Shown: positions 39,697 to 53,975 of the stretch, one piece after another
Layout of the letters: each line of letters starts with the position of its first letter
Position numbering within the stretch: position 1 is the first letter of the stretch
Assembly (NCBI GenBank): GCA_964187785.1
Contig: OZ076413.1
Span: 48,300,001 to 48,364,000 of the forward strand
DNA length: 64,000 nt
From: Amphiscolops sp. MND2022
Taxonomy: Eukaryota
Direction of reading: 5' to 3'
Notes under the pieces: generated by a model
Databases searched by the model: none
What the model was told of the DNA's origin: nothing
Seen by the model: the letters and a program-made list of their open reading frames with translations, nothing else
Translations under genes and position numbers: made by a program

Positions 39697-40616
39697 TGTA
39701 ACGGCTGCTTGCCCTTATCCTGCGCTGAGGCTTGACAAACTTTACGCCGCCCTGATCCGTTGCTTAGTACTGTGGACCGTCACTAAGCAATTCCTGGTTT
39801 CTTGCTTTAAAGGACTGTATCTTTTGACTGGTGGGTCCGATGTGACCCGTGGAATCTCCTGCGATTCCGCTTTGCACTGATTTGGATCCGATGTGATCCT
39901 GCACACACTTCCCTCACAGTATCTTCACGCGCTCCGGCTCTCCAACTATGAGAGTAGCTACTTAGTCGCTCTGACTCTAGTGAAAAATGTGAAGATTGAG
40001 AAGTTGATTAATTAGTCTCGCGGTCCTGAGACCCACCTGGACTATAGCTATACAGTGGAGAAAATCTCTATCTAATAATGGTATAAATGTGGTTTACAAT
40101 TCTACAGTAAATATAGAGCAAATATAAGTTGAAATATGTTGTATAAATAAATGACATTTAAAGCATAAAATGAAGTTATTGGCTAACTAAACAAACTATG
40201 TGGTGGTTTTGGCATGTTGGTTAGGTGGGCGATAAAGCATGTTTACACTATGTAACTATCATCAATTCAACAGAGTTACATTCTAATGTGGTCATATGGG
40301 TAAATAACAAAGTTTACATTTTGTCTCAATGACCTTGAATACTACACATGTGAGGGGTAAAGGGGGTTATAATGGGTGGATGACCTTGAAACTTGGCCGG
40401 TGTGTTTGTGTTAGGTACTTGCGTATGTGTGCCAAGTTTCATGGCTCTATGATTAATAGTCTTGGAGAAAGCCCATTTGGGGGGGGGGTTAAAGATTTGT
40501 GATGATTGGATTTTCTTCAAATTTTCATCTAAGTTTTTAAGAGTTTAGGTCTTGTTTCTCAACCAGCATGTTCCAAATCGACGACTTTCTTTGCCTGCTG
40601 ATGACTGGCGCCAACA
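39697..40616 (-). repeat. 5' LTR of Bel/Pao-like element
   Basis: Direct repeat of 35577-36498, with the PBS adjacent at about 39679-39694. Confidence 0.93.
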
Positions 40617-42316
40617 AGAATTACTACTCCTCCACAATTTAACAGATCAAGATATAACAACTATAAACGCGATTCACGTTCCCATCGTTCACCATACAGA
40701 TCTTCATACAGATCACCATAAAGACAAGATTCACGCAATAGATATCAATCACGTTCCTACTCTCGAGATAGACAATTTCCACAGTAACTTCCTCATACAG
40801 ACCTCCTTCTCAACCACGACAGTCTAGACATTTTAGATCTAGATCAAATTCTGAAACAAGAAATAAAAACAATAACATTCAAACAGAACAATCAAATTCA
40901 CCTACTAGGTGCCTTCTTTTAAAGCATTAGCCATTTCTGTAGGATGGTACATATGGATTTCAAAGTTAGTAGCATTAACTTTGGAATCCATATTAACCAT
41001 CCTACAGATATGGCTAATGCTTTAACACCTACAAGTTAGTTCTACTCTTTATATTTACATACTCCTGAAAGACAAAATGACAATGATCATCCTTCAAGAT
41101 TAGAAATCTCTTTTTCGTTAGACAGCGGTGCTTCCATTTCAATACTTAATTATCCTACCTATCTGACAATGGCAAAACTCCTCAATATCACATGTAATGA
41201 CAAAACAAATCAAACATCAAAAACATTAACTGTTGCAAATCAAACTGAAATTCCTATATTACATTATATAACTGCTATCTTAAAAACAGCTATCGAACAC
41301 ACCTCTAGACAATTTATTATCCCATTTGCTGTCGCAGACATTAAATATAACCTCCTTGGAACTCCATTCTTTGAAGAGTATATACAGAACATCAATATTC
41401 AATAGGATTTTACATTACAATTCAAACATCAATCCAAAGATCAACCGAATACCACTAAATTCACTTCTCTACTGTCCAAAGACTATCCATATTTCTCATA
41501 CATATACAGAATTAATTCTTAAAACACAAATACGTTTAAACCCAAACTCTTCAAAAATTGCTCACTTTCCCATAAAGAACTATCACAACCTTCACTTTGC
41601 TACAACTCCCAAGAACCAATTCTTTCCAACGATACCACAAACTTATTTCGCCTCTAAATTTCGTACAACTTTCAATTTGATTGAAGTTTTCACTGATGAC
41701 AAACCTGATATTTATTCTACAATTATTCAAAACTCCACAAACCATATTGCAACACCCCAAAAGGCCATATTGGTTATATAGAAGTACCAATTACAAATGA
41801 ACAACTCAAATACTATCAAGTTAACGACATAAACTCTCTTGTACACAATGTAGCTCATACCTGTCATCCAGATATAACTGAACCAATTCCGTCCTCTAAT
41901 TATAATACGTCTACACAAGATATACCCTCTTCATCAAATCACTTTTCCTTACATCAAATATACATGACATCTCCTACATTACATGAGACACTTCTTTCTA
42001 ATATATACAATGTTCAACTCACTTCTGACACATCAAAGTCTCGCATTTTTCCTACATAACCGTATTCAAAAGACAATCTCAAGTATAAAACAAATTTAAC
42101 TTCCATTTTTCTGATCTTACCGATACCGAAAATGTAACATAGTGTAACTTATTAGTTAAACACAAAAATTGCTATGCTACACATAAAAACGATGTTGGCA
42201 AAATTGCTACTCCTTCTAGAATACGATTAAAACCAAATGATCACTTCTTACACAACGTCCTTCTAAAGTACCTATTCATTACCGAGAAAAACTCAATAAC
42301 TTACTAAAAGAACTAG

Positions 42317-42903
42317 AACCAGAGCCGCATGTGCGGTAAAGGAGTCGGCTTAGGTCTTTCCCCGCATCCCGGCCATGCGATTTTGATGCCATTGCACTTA
42401 TAGGACCCTAATATGGTGTACAATGACTGTGGAGAATTTCGTCCGAATCGAATGGACAGTTGTTGAGAAATTCGAAAAAAGTCAAAAAATGACTGTTTTT
42501 TAGCCATTTTTGAGGTAATTTTGGCTATGTTTCTCACATCCCAGCCATACGATTTTGATGCCACTGCACATATAGGACCCTAATATGGTGTACAATGACT
42601 GTAGAGAATTTCGTCCGAATCGTATGGACAGTTTTTGAGAAATTCGGAAAAATTCGAAAAATGGCTGTTTTTCGGCCATTTTTGGGCTAATTTTGGCTAT
42701 GTTTCTCACATCCCAGCCATACGATTTTGATGCCTTTGCACACACAGGGGCCCTTTTGGGTGTAGAATGACTGTGCAAAATTTCGTGAAAATCGTATGGA
42801 CAGTTTTTGAGAAATTTGAAATTTTAATGAAAAGGTTCGGGAGAAAAAAAAACAAAAAAAACAGCACGATTGCATAAGTAGTCGAAAGTTTTTTCCGACT
42901 CCT
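42317..42903 (+). mobile_element. Helentron-like non-autonomous insertion with about three 172-bp tandem units
   Basis: Interrupts codons CTA GAA AAA CAT in an A-run. 5' GGAGTCGG has an inverted match CCGACTCC in the 3' hairpin. Units at 42372, 42544 and 42716. Confidence 0.7.
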
Positions 42904-44132
42904 AAAAACATAACAATATTAAACCAATTGGCTCTTCTCCTGAAGATAAACCTAACTATGGTACAACTTATCTAAACCCCCTCATTATTATACCCAAAGG
43001 TGACTCTATCAAATGTGTTTTAGACGCCAGACACCTAAATTCTAATACAGAACAATCCGATGAATCTTGGCCTATAGAACCAACTTGCTCCGCAATTAGC
43101 GCGTGCAAATAAAAAATACAAATCTGCTATAGACCTAATGCATGCGTATGCTCACACTCCTCTAGATGAAGAAACCATAAAACTTACTAGATTTTCCTCA
43201 GGTGATAAGCTTTTCGCTTTCATTAGAGGTTTTTATGGGAGGTTTAAAGGACTGCCAAAATTCTTTACAAAACAGATGTCTTCCTTCTTTAAAACTCTTA
43301 TAGAACATGGCTTCGCCCTCGTTTATTTTGATGACATTCTATTACTTTCTGACTATAAAGAACATATTTCAATTTATTGAACAACTTCACCTCATAAGTA
43401 CAAAACGTAATTTGAAACTACCTCCTGAAAAATCATTTTTTATGTTACTCAAAGTTAATTTTCTTGGACATAAAATTGGTTTTAATACAATCAAACCTAT
43501 ACACTCTAAAGTCGATGCAATTCATAAAATTCCCTCTCCTACTAGTAAAGTTGCCCTTATGAGTTTCATAGGTGCACTTAAATTTTATACCAAATTCGTT
43601 GAAAAACTCCACATCAATCTTAAACCTTTCTATGACTTACTACATGAAAATACTCCATGGTCTTGGACTACTGAACATGAAACACTACTTCACAAAATAA
43701 AAACGCTCTTACTTCTGATACAGAACTTACAATACCTAATACAAAACATCTTTTTTTCATTACAGTGGATGCATCATTAAACGGACTAGGTGATGTCCTT
43801 TTCCAATTTGATTACAATAATAAAATGAAAGTTATTTCTTACAACTCTCGGATACTTAATCCACAAGAACAAAAACTCTCTACATTAGATCGTGAACTCC
43901 TTGGTATAGTACATGCTCTTCAAACTTATGAATTCCTTATCATTGGATCTCCACATCCAATACACATATTTACTGATCATAGACCTTCATTACAATGTTT
44001 TACAAAAAAAGGAAACCTCAGTTCACGTTTTTATCGTGCTCAAATGCTACTCAAAGTTTTCGAAATTAAAAATTATTCACAATCCAGGTAAAAATTTGTC
44101 TGTTGCAGACATGCTTAGTCGCTCTTTTACAA

Positions 44133-44419
44133 CACAGAGGCGAAGCGGTGCTTCGCAACACATGACGAAGACATCGATTATTTTAATATGCGTATATGTA
44201 TTATTTTAATCGCATGCGTATATATTCAACAGTTCGACTTTGAGCAATAACGTCCCTATGGCACAGTGGTCAACACTTATGCCGTGCAATCGGGAGGCTG
44301 CAGGTTCGAATCTCTCTGGGGTTTTGTCTTTTTTCTAAAAGGCGCTCATTATGAAGTTGACTATAGTGGAAAAAAAACTTACTTAGCTGGACTGCAATGC
44401 ACATTGACTTCCTCATGTG
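44133..44419 (+). mobile_element. MITE-like insertion with internal tRNA-like sequence
   Basis: TSD CAA and imperfect TIR CACA-GAGG / CCTCATGTG. Removal restores SRSFTKTELQ. A box TGGCACAGTGG and B box GGTTCGAATC lie at about 44258-44312. Confidence 0.75.
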
Positions 44420-44517
44420 CAAAAACTGAACTCCAATTGAATCAACTCAAACACAAACAACTACCACCTCAAATAGATTTTGCTATATTACAAAACAACT
44501 CTTCAACACCTGTTCAC

Positions 44518-45548
44518 CATCACAGTGCACAGGCAAGCTTCGCTGCTTTTCGTGGAATCCGGGACACGAAAATTGAGAGAAGTCGTGGAATCCAGGACAA
44601 AATTTCTCTTTGATGTTAAGCGTTTCTTGGATTCCACGACAGTGCCTGTCCTGGATTCCACGCCAATACTGCTGCTATAATGACACTTTTGCCGCTGCTC
44701 TCTGATTGGTCCGCTCATTTTGAATAATCATTTTATATTAATTCAATCTTATATCAAAGGAAATTGTTTTGATTGACACGAAAAATCCAAGAAGTACGAA
44801 TAGAGATACTCGTGACTGGTACCAAAAATGAAGCATGTCTTCAAATAATGGCAGATTGTGATGATCTGGCAGTTTGTTCAAAACTGCTACTAAACTTGAA
44901 AATACGAATATTTGTGTAATATAATATTCATTTTGCATGATCATTATTAGAAAGGCAGAAGAACTTGAATTAAATCAATCTTATATCAAAGGAAATTGTT
45001 TTGATTGACACGAAAAATCCAAGAAGTACGAATAGAGATACTCGTGACTGGTACCAAAATTGAAGCATGTCATCAAAAAATGGCAGATTGTGATGATCTG
45101 GCAGTTTGTTCAAAACGGTACTAAACTTGAAAATACAAAAATTTTGTGTGATATTGGTGTGATTGTCTGAATCAATTTGAATTAATATACGAAAAGTAGT
45201 GCATAATATTATGTTTGTTCAGTCTACCACTTGAATTTAATTAAAGAAGAGATGCCGCGTATCGCGTCAAGCATAAAGTCGTGGAATCCAGGAAATTTAT
45301 GATTTCTGCAATCTGATTGGTTCATTTCGCAAAACTTACGTTTTTGTGGAATCCGGGACACCGCTGCATGCCGAGAGTTCGTACAGCTAAGCATTTGTTA
45401 CTGGAATCCACGACTAAATCCGTGGAATCCGGGACAAATGACGTAGTTTGCAAATTTTGCACGGTTAAAGCTATGGTTGTGGAATCCGAGATATTGAACG
45501 CACTATGTTGCGCTTTGAGCAAATAAGGCTTGCCTGTGCACTCTAATG
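44518..45548. mobile_element. Non-autonomous CACTA/CMC-like DNA transposon
   Basis: 21-bp imperfect TIR CATCACAGTGCACAGGCAAGC, 2-bp TSD AC, and many subterminal GTGGAATCC repeats in both orientations. Removal restores PVHYLIQHEE. Confidence 0.8.
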
Positions 45549-48016
45549 ACTACCTAATACAACACGAAGAAAAATTACCACATCAAAAATATGATTCTCA
45601 TCCTATTCTTGCTGATTATGGAACAGATCGATTCTCTATCCGTATAAATGACAAAGGCATTGACATTATTGTCAAACCTTTAGACTCATTTTCGTTCAAA
45701 TCTATAACTCAGTTTCAAAACAAATATAAAACACCTGCAAAAAAACATAACAAATCCTTACATCAACAATCCTTACTCCTTAACAATACTGATGTCACTA
45801 GTGCTGATGATGACCATATAAACACTCGTATCCCAAAGTTTGTCACATTTTCTTTTACTAATCAAAACAATGACACATATCAAACACCCACTCTTACACG
45901 TTCGAACAGTTCTTCTACTATCATTATACAAGAACCATCTTCATTATCAACTTCTGTTTTTGATACAACTGAACCTAATAAACTTTCTACACACACGTCT
46001 CAAATAATACCCTTTTACGACCCTTCCTTCTTTAAACACAAAAACTATTTTCAAGGTTTCTTTCTACCAGATGATTTTTCACTTGAATTACATACATTAC
46101 AACTTCAACAAACACAAGACCCTGTTTTAAAAAGAGTATATCACTGGATACCTCAAAACACTAAACCTGAATATCCTACACCTTTAATACATGGTTCTCC
46201 TTTCTTACACGCAAACTACAAAATCTTTTCTCATTTTTTTATTGACGATGGCACAAATCTCATAAGTGTATATACGAAAATCAAATCTTTTTCTGATACA
46301 CAATCAAATACAACTCCACCCTTAGTTTATAGTAAAGTCAGGATTTGCCTTCCTTTTAGACTTTTTAAAAAAAAAGCTTTCAACAAACTTCACGCTCATT
46401 TTCATACTGGCACAAAAATTACTTACAATACATTTTCGCAATACTATTATATTCCTTTCCTTGAAAAGTGGTTATCCATTTTCATACATGACTGTCTTGA
46501 ATGTGAACGCAACAAACACTTCAATATGAACATTAATACTGCTCCTCTACAATCTTTTTCAGAACATACTCCCTCTTTCAACTATCGTATATCAATGGAT
46601 ACCAAGGTCCTATTACTCCTTCTTCACAGAACAAATCCTATTTACACGTCATTGTTGATGCTTTCAGTCACTTTGTAGTAACAGTACCTTACTAAATCAA
46701 ACAAGGCTAAAACGTCAGTCAAAACTCTTTTACATCACTGGATTGTGAAATTTGGTCCACCTATATACTTTGTAATTGATCGTGGATCAGAATATATTAC
46801 CACTGATATGGCACATCTTTGTACACTTTTGGGAATTAGACACTCTCGTCGAACACCTTATTCCCCTTAGACCAATGGACTCGTTGAAGTACAAAACAAA
46901 AACCTTGGTACACACATTCGTATGTTTTTTTAAAACACTCCCAAGGATTGGGCACATCAAGTTCTTATGTACGCTTTTGCACACAATTCACAACCCCTTT
47001 CAGCACTCAATGTTTCACCACATGACCTAATCTTTCATATAAGACCTAGAATTCCTTTAACATTCGACTTGAATCTTAATCGTAACAAACAAAACATGTA
47101 TATCACAATTTTGCTCCCAACTACCAGAACTTTCTCATTATGACAAAACTGACCCTAAACCCATTTTTTTTCAAAACACTTTCAAAACCCATTCCACAAG
47201 GGTTCCTTGCAGCTGAAACTGCTATGTTACAAAATTATTCAATCGTACATAACTATACTTTGAAAAAACTCAACTCTCAAGCATACATAACAAAAACGTA
47301 TCATGAAGGTAAACCTCTTCCACTTGGTACCTTCGTTTTGAAACGTAATTTCACTCATGTTCACTTTTCAGACAAACTTAAACCTCTTCGTATTGGTCCT
47401 TACAAAATTTTGGATCGCCTTTCAGATGTAACGTATGAACTTTTATCACAAGGCGGTAGTACATTTCATATTCATCGAAACCATTTGATACCTTATTATC
47501 CAAAAGAACCCCTCTTATACCCACATCTGCGTAATTTTATGCGATTCTCAGACACCATCAATACAGACATTCCTAAACCTATCAAATATGCAAATAGTGA
47601 TTCATCTTCATTGCTTTCTGACAGTTCATCATCCGATGAGGATGAACCCTCAAATACCACTCATCCTTATAATCATGATACTCCTTTAAATGACACTTCA
47701 TCCTATAATACAATTATTAAAACTCGTGACACTAATCTATCTCGTACTCGTATTCGTCATCTTACTGACAGCTCATCTCTTCCTTCATCCAATGATACAT
47801 CTCAAAATAGACATCTTAAATCTCATTAGAGATTAAGACAACAACCACGAAAGGATTATAGACATTTCTATTCACCCTCCAAAACTTTGAACAACTAATT
47901 TCTCATACCTTTCAGAAACATTAAAATAGTAACCCTCATCAGGCTTAGCTCTGAAGAATAAAACCCTGAATATAAAAATATAAATCAAAAAGTAAAAAAA
48001 TAGTAAATATCCAAAT

Positions 48017-49251
48017 TGTGACAACCTGGATTCGTCTTCTGATTCATCTCCATCTGCACCAAATATAACCAGTTCCACTTCTCAAACAGTTTCAACAACT
48101 CACCCACGTAATGTAATTACACAACTTACAAGACCAATTTCTAACATTTTTGATACATCTTCAACCGTTATCTCTAGTACATCTTCTAGTACAAATCGAC
48201 CTCCTATAAATGAAATACCTATAACTCCATCATCTCACTCTCGTTCATCACCCATCCAGAATCCTCTGGTTCATATACCAAACCTAGATTCTGTTGCAAA
48301 ATACATAGATTATAAACCGCAAAAACTTGGAACAGCTATGAAAACAGCTAGAATCCTTCCACCTCAACTAGATATAGTACAATAACCAAAAACAACCTAT
48401 AATACAGATCTTGAATCAAGTGCAACATCACAAATATATTCTACTCTCAAACCACTAAAAAAATTTTCTACCTCACTATCAAACTCATTAGACGACGATT
48501 CAACACGAGGATATAAACCATCCCAAGACTCAAATAGTACAATATATATACATCTGCGATATAATCTTCGTCCTCTACCTAATCGAAGACTCAGTACTGA
48601 TACATCTACTCTCAATTTTTCTGCACTATCCAGTAGTTCAGCTTCTCGTCTTTTAAGACAACACGCTCAACCACAATCTTCTGAAACACACTCTTCTGAA
48701 CTTGTTCCACAATCCTATTTTACATCTGGTGTTGACACTGCATCTTTAATATCATCTGACGTACAAACCGCATATTCATCTGGTAACCTATTCTCCAAAG
48801 TTTTAGTATCTACTCCTGTACAACCTACAGTACGCCTTCCAGAATATTTCACTGTTGATAACTCTAGACCACCTTCTCCTAATTTTGCTGACTATCCATT
48901 TCGTGTTGACGGAATCACTATTTACGAACCTAGATTTGATCCTTGTTTTACACCTCTTGCAGAACGTTTAAACATAACAACGATACACTTTCTGAAAAAC
49001 GTAAAGAACTTGAACTCAAACGACTCCAACATCCAAACCTAGAATTGAAATTTGATGTAAAGATTAGATTTCAAGGATTAAATCCTCACCCCGTGTTTCA
49101 AGTAGCAAAATTAGAACATAAAACTACACCTGCTCCTTTCATAGTCACATACGTAGTTTTCAATAGAGATCCTACACTTCCAGATTTACCTTACGGCAAA
49201 ATCATGTTTTACAACCCTTATTCAGGCCTCAAATACACTACATCGATCTAA
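48017..49251 (+). pseudogene. ORF-Y of copy B (Ser/Thr/Pro-rich N-terminus, conserved C-terminal domain)
   Basis: RYNLR, RPPSPN and HKTTPAPFIVTYV...NPYSGLKY are shared with 63057-63659. Start is approximate. Confidence 0.7.
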
Positions 49252-51957
49252 AACATATATATTCACAAACTATATACAAATAACATTTTACACCCTCTTT
49301 TGTAACAATTTATATACTCATACAATACCTATTGAACTTACGGATACAGATAATTATCTTCCTCCAGATGATCCAAATGTTACAAATCTTATGGTTTCCC
49401 ACTATGCTTGTGAAAAACAACATAATTTGAGACACTTCAATTTACTAAATGTAAAACCATGTACTGAAGCTCCTTCAAATATTCAACATGCTAAAGTTCG
49501 AGCCCGAGTTTATGTTTGAGCTAAAGCTAATCGCGTTAAAGCTTTCAAATGTGAAGCTTATGCTAAGAAAGAAAGAAAAATCCTTTTTCACGGCTCAGTT
49601 AAATACAGACGTGTTGACCGAACTGTATGGAACCACAATACATTACCTCTTCCTATCACACTTGATCCATTAGAATGTAAAAACCTTATTAGACACTTTA
49701 ATGGTACAAATAATAAAATATTAAACAACTTTACTTATAACCGTACTTTTACACTCTTAGAAGATTTTACACTCTTTTACACTCTAATTACTTCCAAAAG
49801 AAACTTGAACAATATCAAACTCCTTTCACAGTCTATAACTTTAATACAATGTATACTTGTACAATCACCTACATGCCCGCCGATAAAACTTGGATCTAAG
49901 ACCCAAAAAACAACCCTTTTCACAATTTTCCAGCACATAACCAATTTGAAGTGAATCTAGTTAGTTGGAGACTCTCGGTCTCTGAAGTAGAACTTACATG
50001 ATGATACAGAAAACCTAATTGTAATAGATGGTCACGCTCTTCCATGTTACTTTGCCGATGAATTTTGTAAACCTACTACTAAAACTCCTTTTACACTTGT
50101 CTGGTTCAGTGACGACTTTTGTTTATTCTATACACTACAAGACTTTGTTGGACGAATGACTAGAATAGATGATAGATATTGGAGTGAAACAGACTCCTTT
50201 GTTCACTCTTCAATACCGAATAAAAATGATACTTCTTCTGGAATAAAAGGCACTTTTTCCATACATTCATGCACCCCATTCACAAAATCCACATAACCCA
50301 AGCCTCTCACGTTTTGAGTTCTTTCCACACACTCTAACATTTTGTGGCAAACCTGAACCTCTTTATACAACACAATATTCAGATCTTTTTGTTACTTCTC
50401 AAGAAGGTTTCAACATGCATACAGGACAACCTAACCCTCAATCTATAATAAATGAATATATTACTGGTAAAATAGTATTAGACTCTACAACAAAACATTA
50501 TGTTTTTCCAGCATTAAATGTATCTAACAACTTTGCAACAATTGACTATGATGCTCATATTAATACAAAAATTGATTACACTATCAACCATGTCTTTCGC
50601 TCTATGACTGTACAAGAACATAATACCCTTCATACTATCTGTGAATTAGAACGTAATCAACTCCTTACAATACTTGCGATGTCTGTACAAAACCCTCAAC
50701 TCGCAGGATTCCTCTTAACCGGTAATTGAAGTAACTTCTTCTATGTCGAAGGCTCTACAGCTTGGTTATATGACTGTCTTCATTTTTTATCACCTTTATA
50801 CAAAACTGATCGTTGCTTTGATAGAAATCCTATACATTACAAAGACACTCTCATGTACGTAGATCCTGTTACAAGACAAACATAAGACTTTGCTGCTCCT
50901 ATACCTTGTGATAATAATCCACGAAACATTATAGAACTTGACCCTGATACTGATGACCAAGATTGTTATATTCTTCGCCCAGAACCTATAAAACGCAAAC
51001 CTCCTTTTATGTTTACTCCTAATCAAATCAAAACTACATTACGCCCAAATACATTTACAGCTCAAGACGCTGGTATATATTCAAATGCAGAACTAGATCA
51101 ATTTTGGAACAGAATTCTCTTTTCAAAACATTCTGATACAACACTTCAATTACTTGGAAAAGCTCCTAGTTATTCATTCATTTCTTCCAATACTCCAGAC
51201 TACTCTGATGCACACATTTCTCAAACAAATCCATATAACAAACTTCGTTTTGGACTACATGACAAACTCTTAAATCTTACTCCTCTTTTTACATCATCAT
51301 GGTTTGCTGATGCATTCATAACCCTATTTGGTTATCCAAGTTACAATCTTACACAATGTGGAATATAATTCTCCACACTCCTCTTCATACAAGCACTTCT
51401 AACACTTCTCATCAAAGCTTACAAAACAAACTCTATCAAATAAAATCTAGAACAAAATATAACCATCTTCAGTTCTATTGCACATGGTTTCTTTAACATT
51501 CTTACATCTGACATTATCAATGACCTAAAAGACGCTCCTTCGAAAAAAAAGACTATGAGGTCCGAACAAAACTTCTTCAAAATTTTCTCTCTCAACCATT
51601 ACTGAAAACCCATTAGACCAATCATCCATCAATTCAGATTATCCTCCTGATAATCTCCAACTTTCTCCAAATCGGAATAAAGATTCACAAAACTTAAACG
51701 GGATTACATCTCCACCTCCGTTTTATACTAAACGTCCTACACGTAAATTACCCAAAATGTCAAAACCTAAATTCCTTCCAAAATGTAAATCCTATAATAC
51801 AATCACTATTGACAACTCAAAACAAGTAACACAATCTATGACACATCCTTCTTTACCCCATTATGCAAATGTCACTTCCAAACCTGACAACACGAAAACG
51901 GAAACTCCTGTCAAGATTTATTCAAAAACGAATTATTTGTTTCCACCATCTTTTTAA
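49252..51957 (+). pseudogene. env: env-like glycoprotein of copy B
   Basis: Collinear fragments of the C env: NLMVSHYAC, NNFATIDYDAHINTKIDY, NPQLAGFLLTGN and AQDAGIYSNAELDQFW. Confidence 0.88.
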
Positions 51958-52327
51958 CATCGGTCATTCAGCATTTTTCTTCACATGACACCAGTTGGCT
52001 ACCACTCAAACTTCAAAAATCCACTCTGACTTGAAAAATATCTACAAAACGCCTATCTCTACTTGAACAAAAAATATCTATAAAACATCCTTCTTTGCTT
52101 GCAGAAATCAAGTATCTACAGAACGCCTTTCTACACGTGAAGACCGAAAACTCTACAAAACCTTCTTTCTTCTTCAACAATCACTTTGTGATTTCTAAAA
52201 AAATTGATTCCTCAATTGAAATTTCCATAATACGTCCAAATCAACCAATGATCAAAGTTCGTGTTGTATCTCAGTCTCAAACCGCTCCTTCAACACAAGA
52301 TAAAGCTACTCGTTAGTAGATTTCAAT

Positions 52328-53653
52328 ATGACTCAAGCTCATCTAGATCTTCAATCACAACTGGATTCTCAAAACATTTCAAACATCTCAGATCCTTCAA
52401 CCACACCTTTGTGTGACACATCACCGATTTTGTTTCTCAGTCCTATTGAACCTACAAATAATCAACCAGAACAAATGGACACAAATCACATCACTTCAAC
52501 ACCCTCTGATACTGATGAAAAACCTACTGAACAATCTACATCAACACCTCCACCATCAAAAAAGAAATATGATAGAATGAAAGATCCCATCTTTCTCACT
52601 TTTCCAGTATATCCACCAGTCATCTCTACAAGAGATTCAATTTCAACACAAAGAGATGAAAACCTCATTCCGATCCTATCAACTAAAAATTTCACATTCA
52701 AGTCTCAACTCACATCTCTCCACATGCACCCAACTGACTACACTTTCAAATTATATGACAAAAACCAAGACTTCTTCACTTCTGTTTGCTTCGGAAATAA
52801 TGACACCATATCTTTATTGGCTTGACAATAATGCTAAATTTTTCTCACCGCAGTTCAATTTTCTCAGACCGTCAATCTACGATCTCAAATCTGATGAAGA
52901 TGAATCTTCTTTTCTCTCATCTTCGCAAAAAACAACTCATCATACCACATACACTACATTTCTCAAACATCAAAAACCAAAGATTTACATTTTCGTAAAT
53001 TACAAATATACATCACCATATAATATGACACACTTGTACACCATTGATCACTCTCGTATAACGGGTTAATTACGAAACTATGATCCTATCAAACAATACT
53101 TTTGTCTTTTGCCGTATAGCGATACCTCAAGACCTAGCTGATACACTTTGACGAATTCCTATTACCAGGTAACGTTCCTACTATCATACCAAAACCTCTC
53201 ACTGTTATTAAACAACTTGTTTCTACTACTCTCACCGCCAAAGAGAAATCCTATTATACAGCATTATCGAAGCAATCATACTCATACAACTAACTATTTT
53301 CCATCTCTGCAAAAGTAATCGTTTTCATGGTTAAGGCAGAAAAAGGCAGATCTGAGACACAATACACTACTCCTGAACAAAACACTCCAAAACCACCAAC
53401 AACTACTACTGACAAACTCAACAATGTCCTTACATCACGAACTTTTCGTGACCTCACTTACAAACTTGATCCATACAGAAAGAATCCCACAGATTCTTCA
53501 CTTACAACACTCACACACTTTCTTGGATGCTATGACAACACTCTCAAAATATTACAATCTTTAGACATTGATCCACAACGAATTGCTCAATCATCAAAAG
53601 CAATACAAAAAACACTTGAAAATTTGAATATTGTTTTTTCTAACCCTATGTGA
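52328..53653 (+). pseudogene. Accessory ORF-X of copy B
   Basis: LIPILSTKNFTFKSQLTSL, PYLYWLDNN and FNFLRPS match 59387-60034. Confidence 0.78.
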
Positions 53654-53975
53654 CATCTCTGAGGTACGTCTCACTGTCCTTTTATGGAACACTCCAAATC
53701 CTATACAGGTAAAACCTTTGACCTTTTTGAAACGCTTCTAACATTCATACACTTCTTTAATTACTGGCACCTTGAATTTCAACTATGTATGATACGATTT
53801 TTTGGATATATAACTTGTTGACATTTTGCCAAATCTTTCAAATCTTTTGCTCCTCGATATCTTGAACTTTGATACACATTTTAATTTGCAATATCAAACA
53901 AAATTTTCACTTGAATTACAACACAATATAGCACCAAAACTTTGATACAAAATTAGCTCCATATTTTGGTTCATT

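Larger units (their letters stand above)
35577..40616 (-). mobile_element. Nested non-autonomous Bel/Pao-like LTR element
   Basis: About 920-bp near-identical LTRs, flanks AGAAC/AGAAT (5-bp TSD, one mismatch), PBS TGGTCCGCCGACCCGG, 3' junction GGGCCGGCAA-TGTT, and a Pao-type IN C-terminal motif. Confidence 0.9.
41000..47880 (+). pseudogene. pol: pol of copy B: protease, RT, RNase H, integrase
   Basis: LDSGAS (about 41118), YFDDI (about 43324), DAS/DRELLGIV/TDH/ADMLSR, HAHFHTG...CLEC, SMD/DRGSE/NGLVE and IGPYKI. Gypsy domain order. Confidence 0.92.

Noticed and set aside
41450..41850. Possible dUTPase-like domain between protease and RT
   Set aside because: No dUTPase catalytic motifs recognisable by eye. 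It would need HHpred.
44252..44322. Functional tRNA gene
   Set aside because: A and B boxes are present, but I cannot build a full cloverleaf and it lies inside a TSD-flanked insertion.
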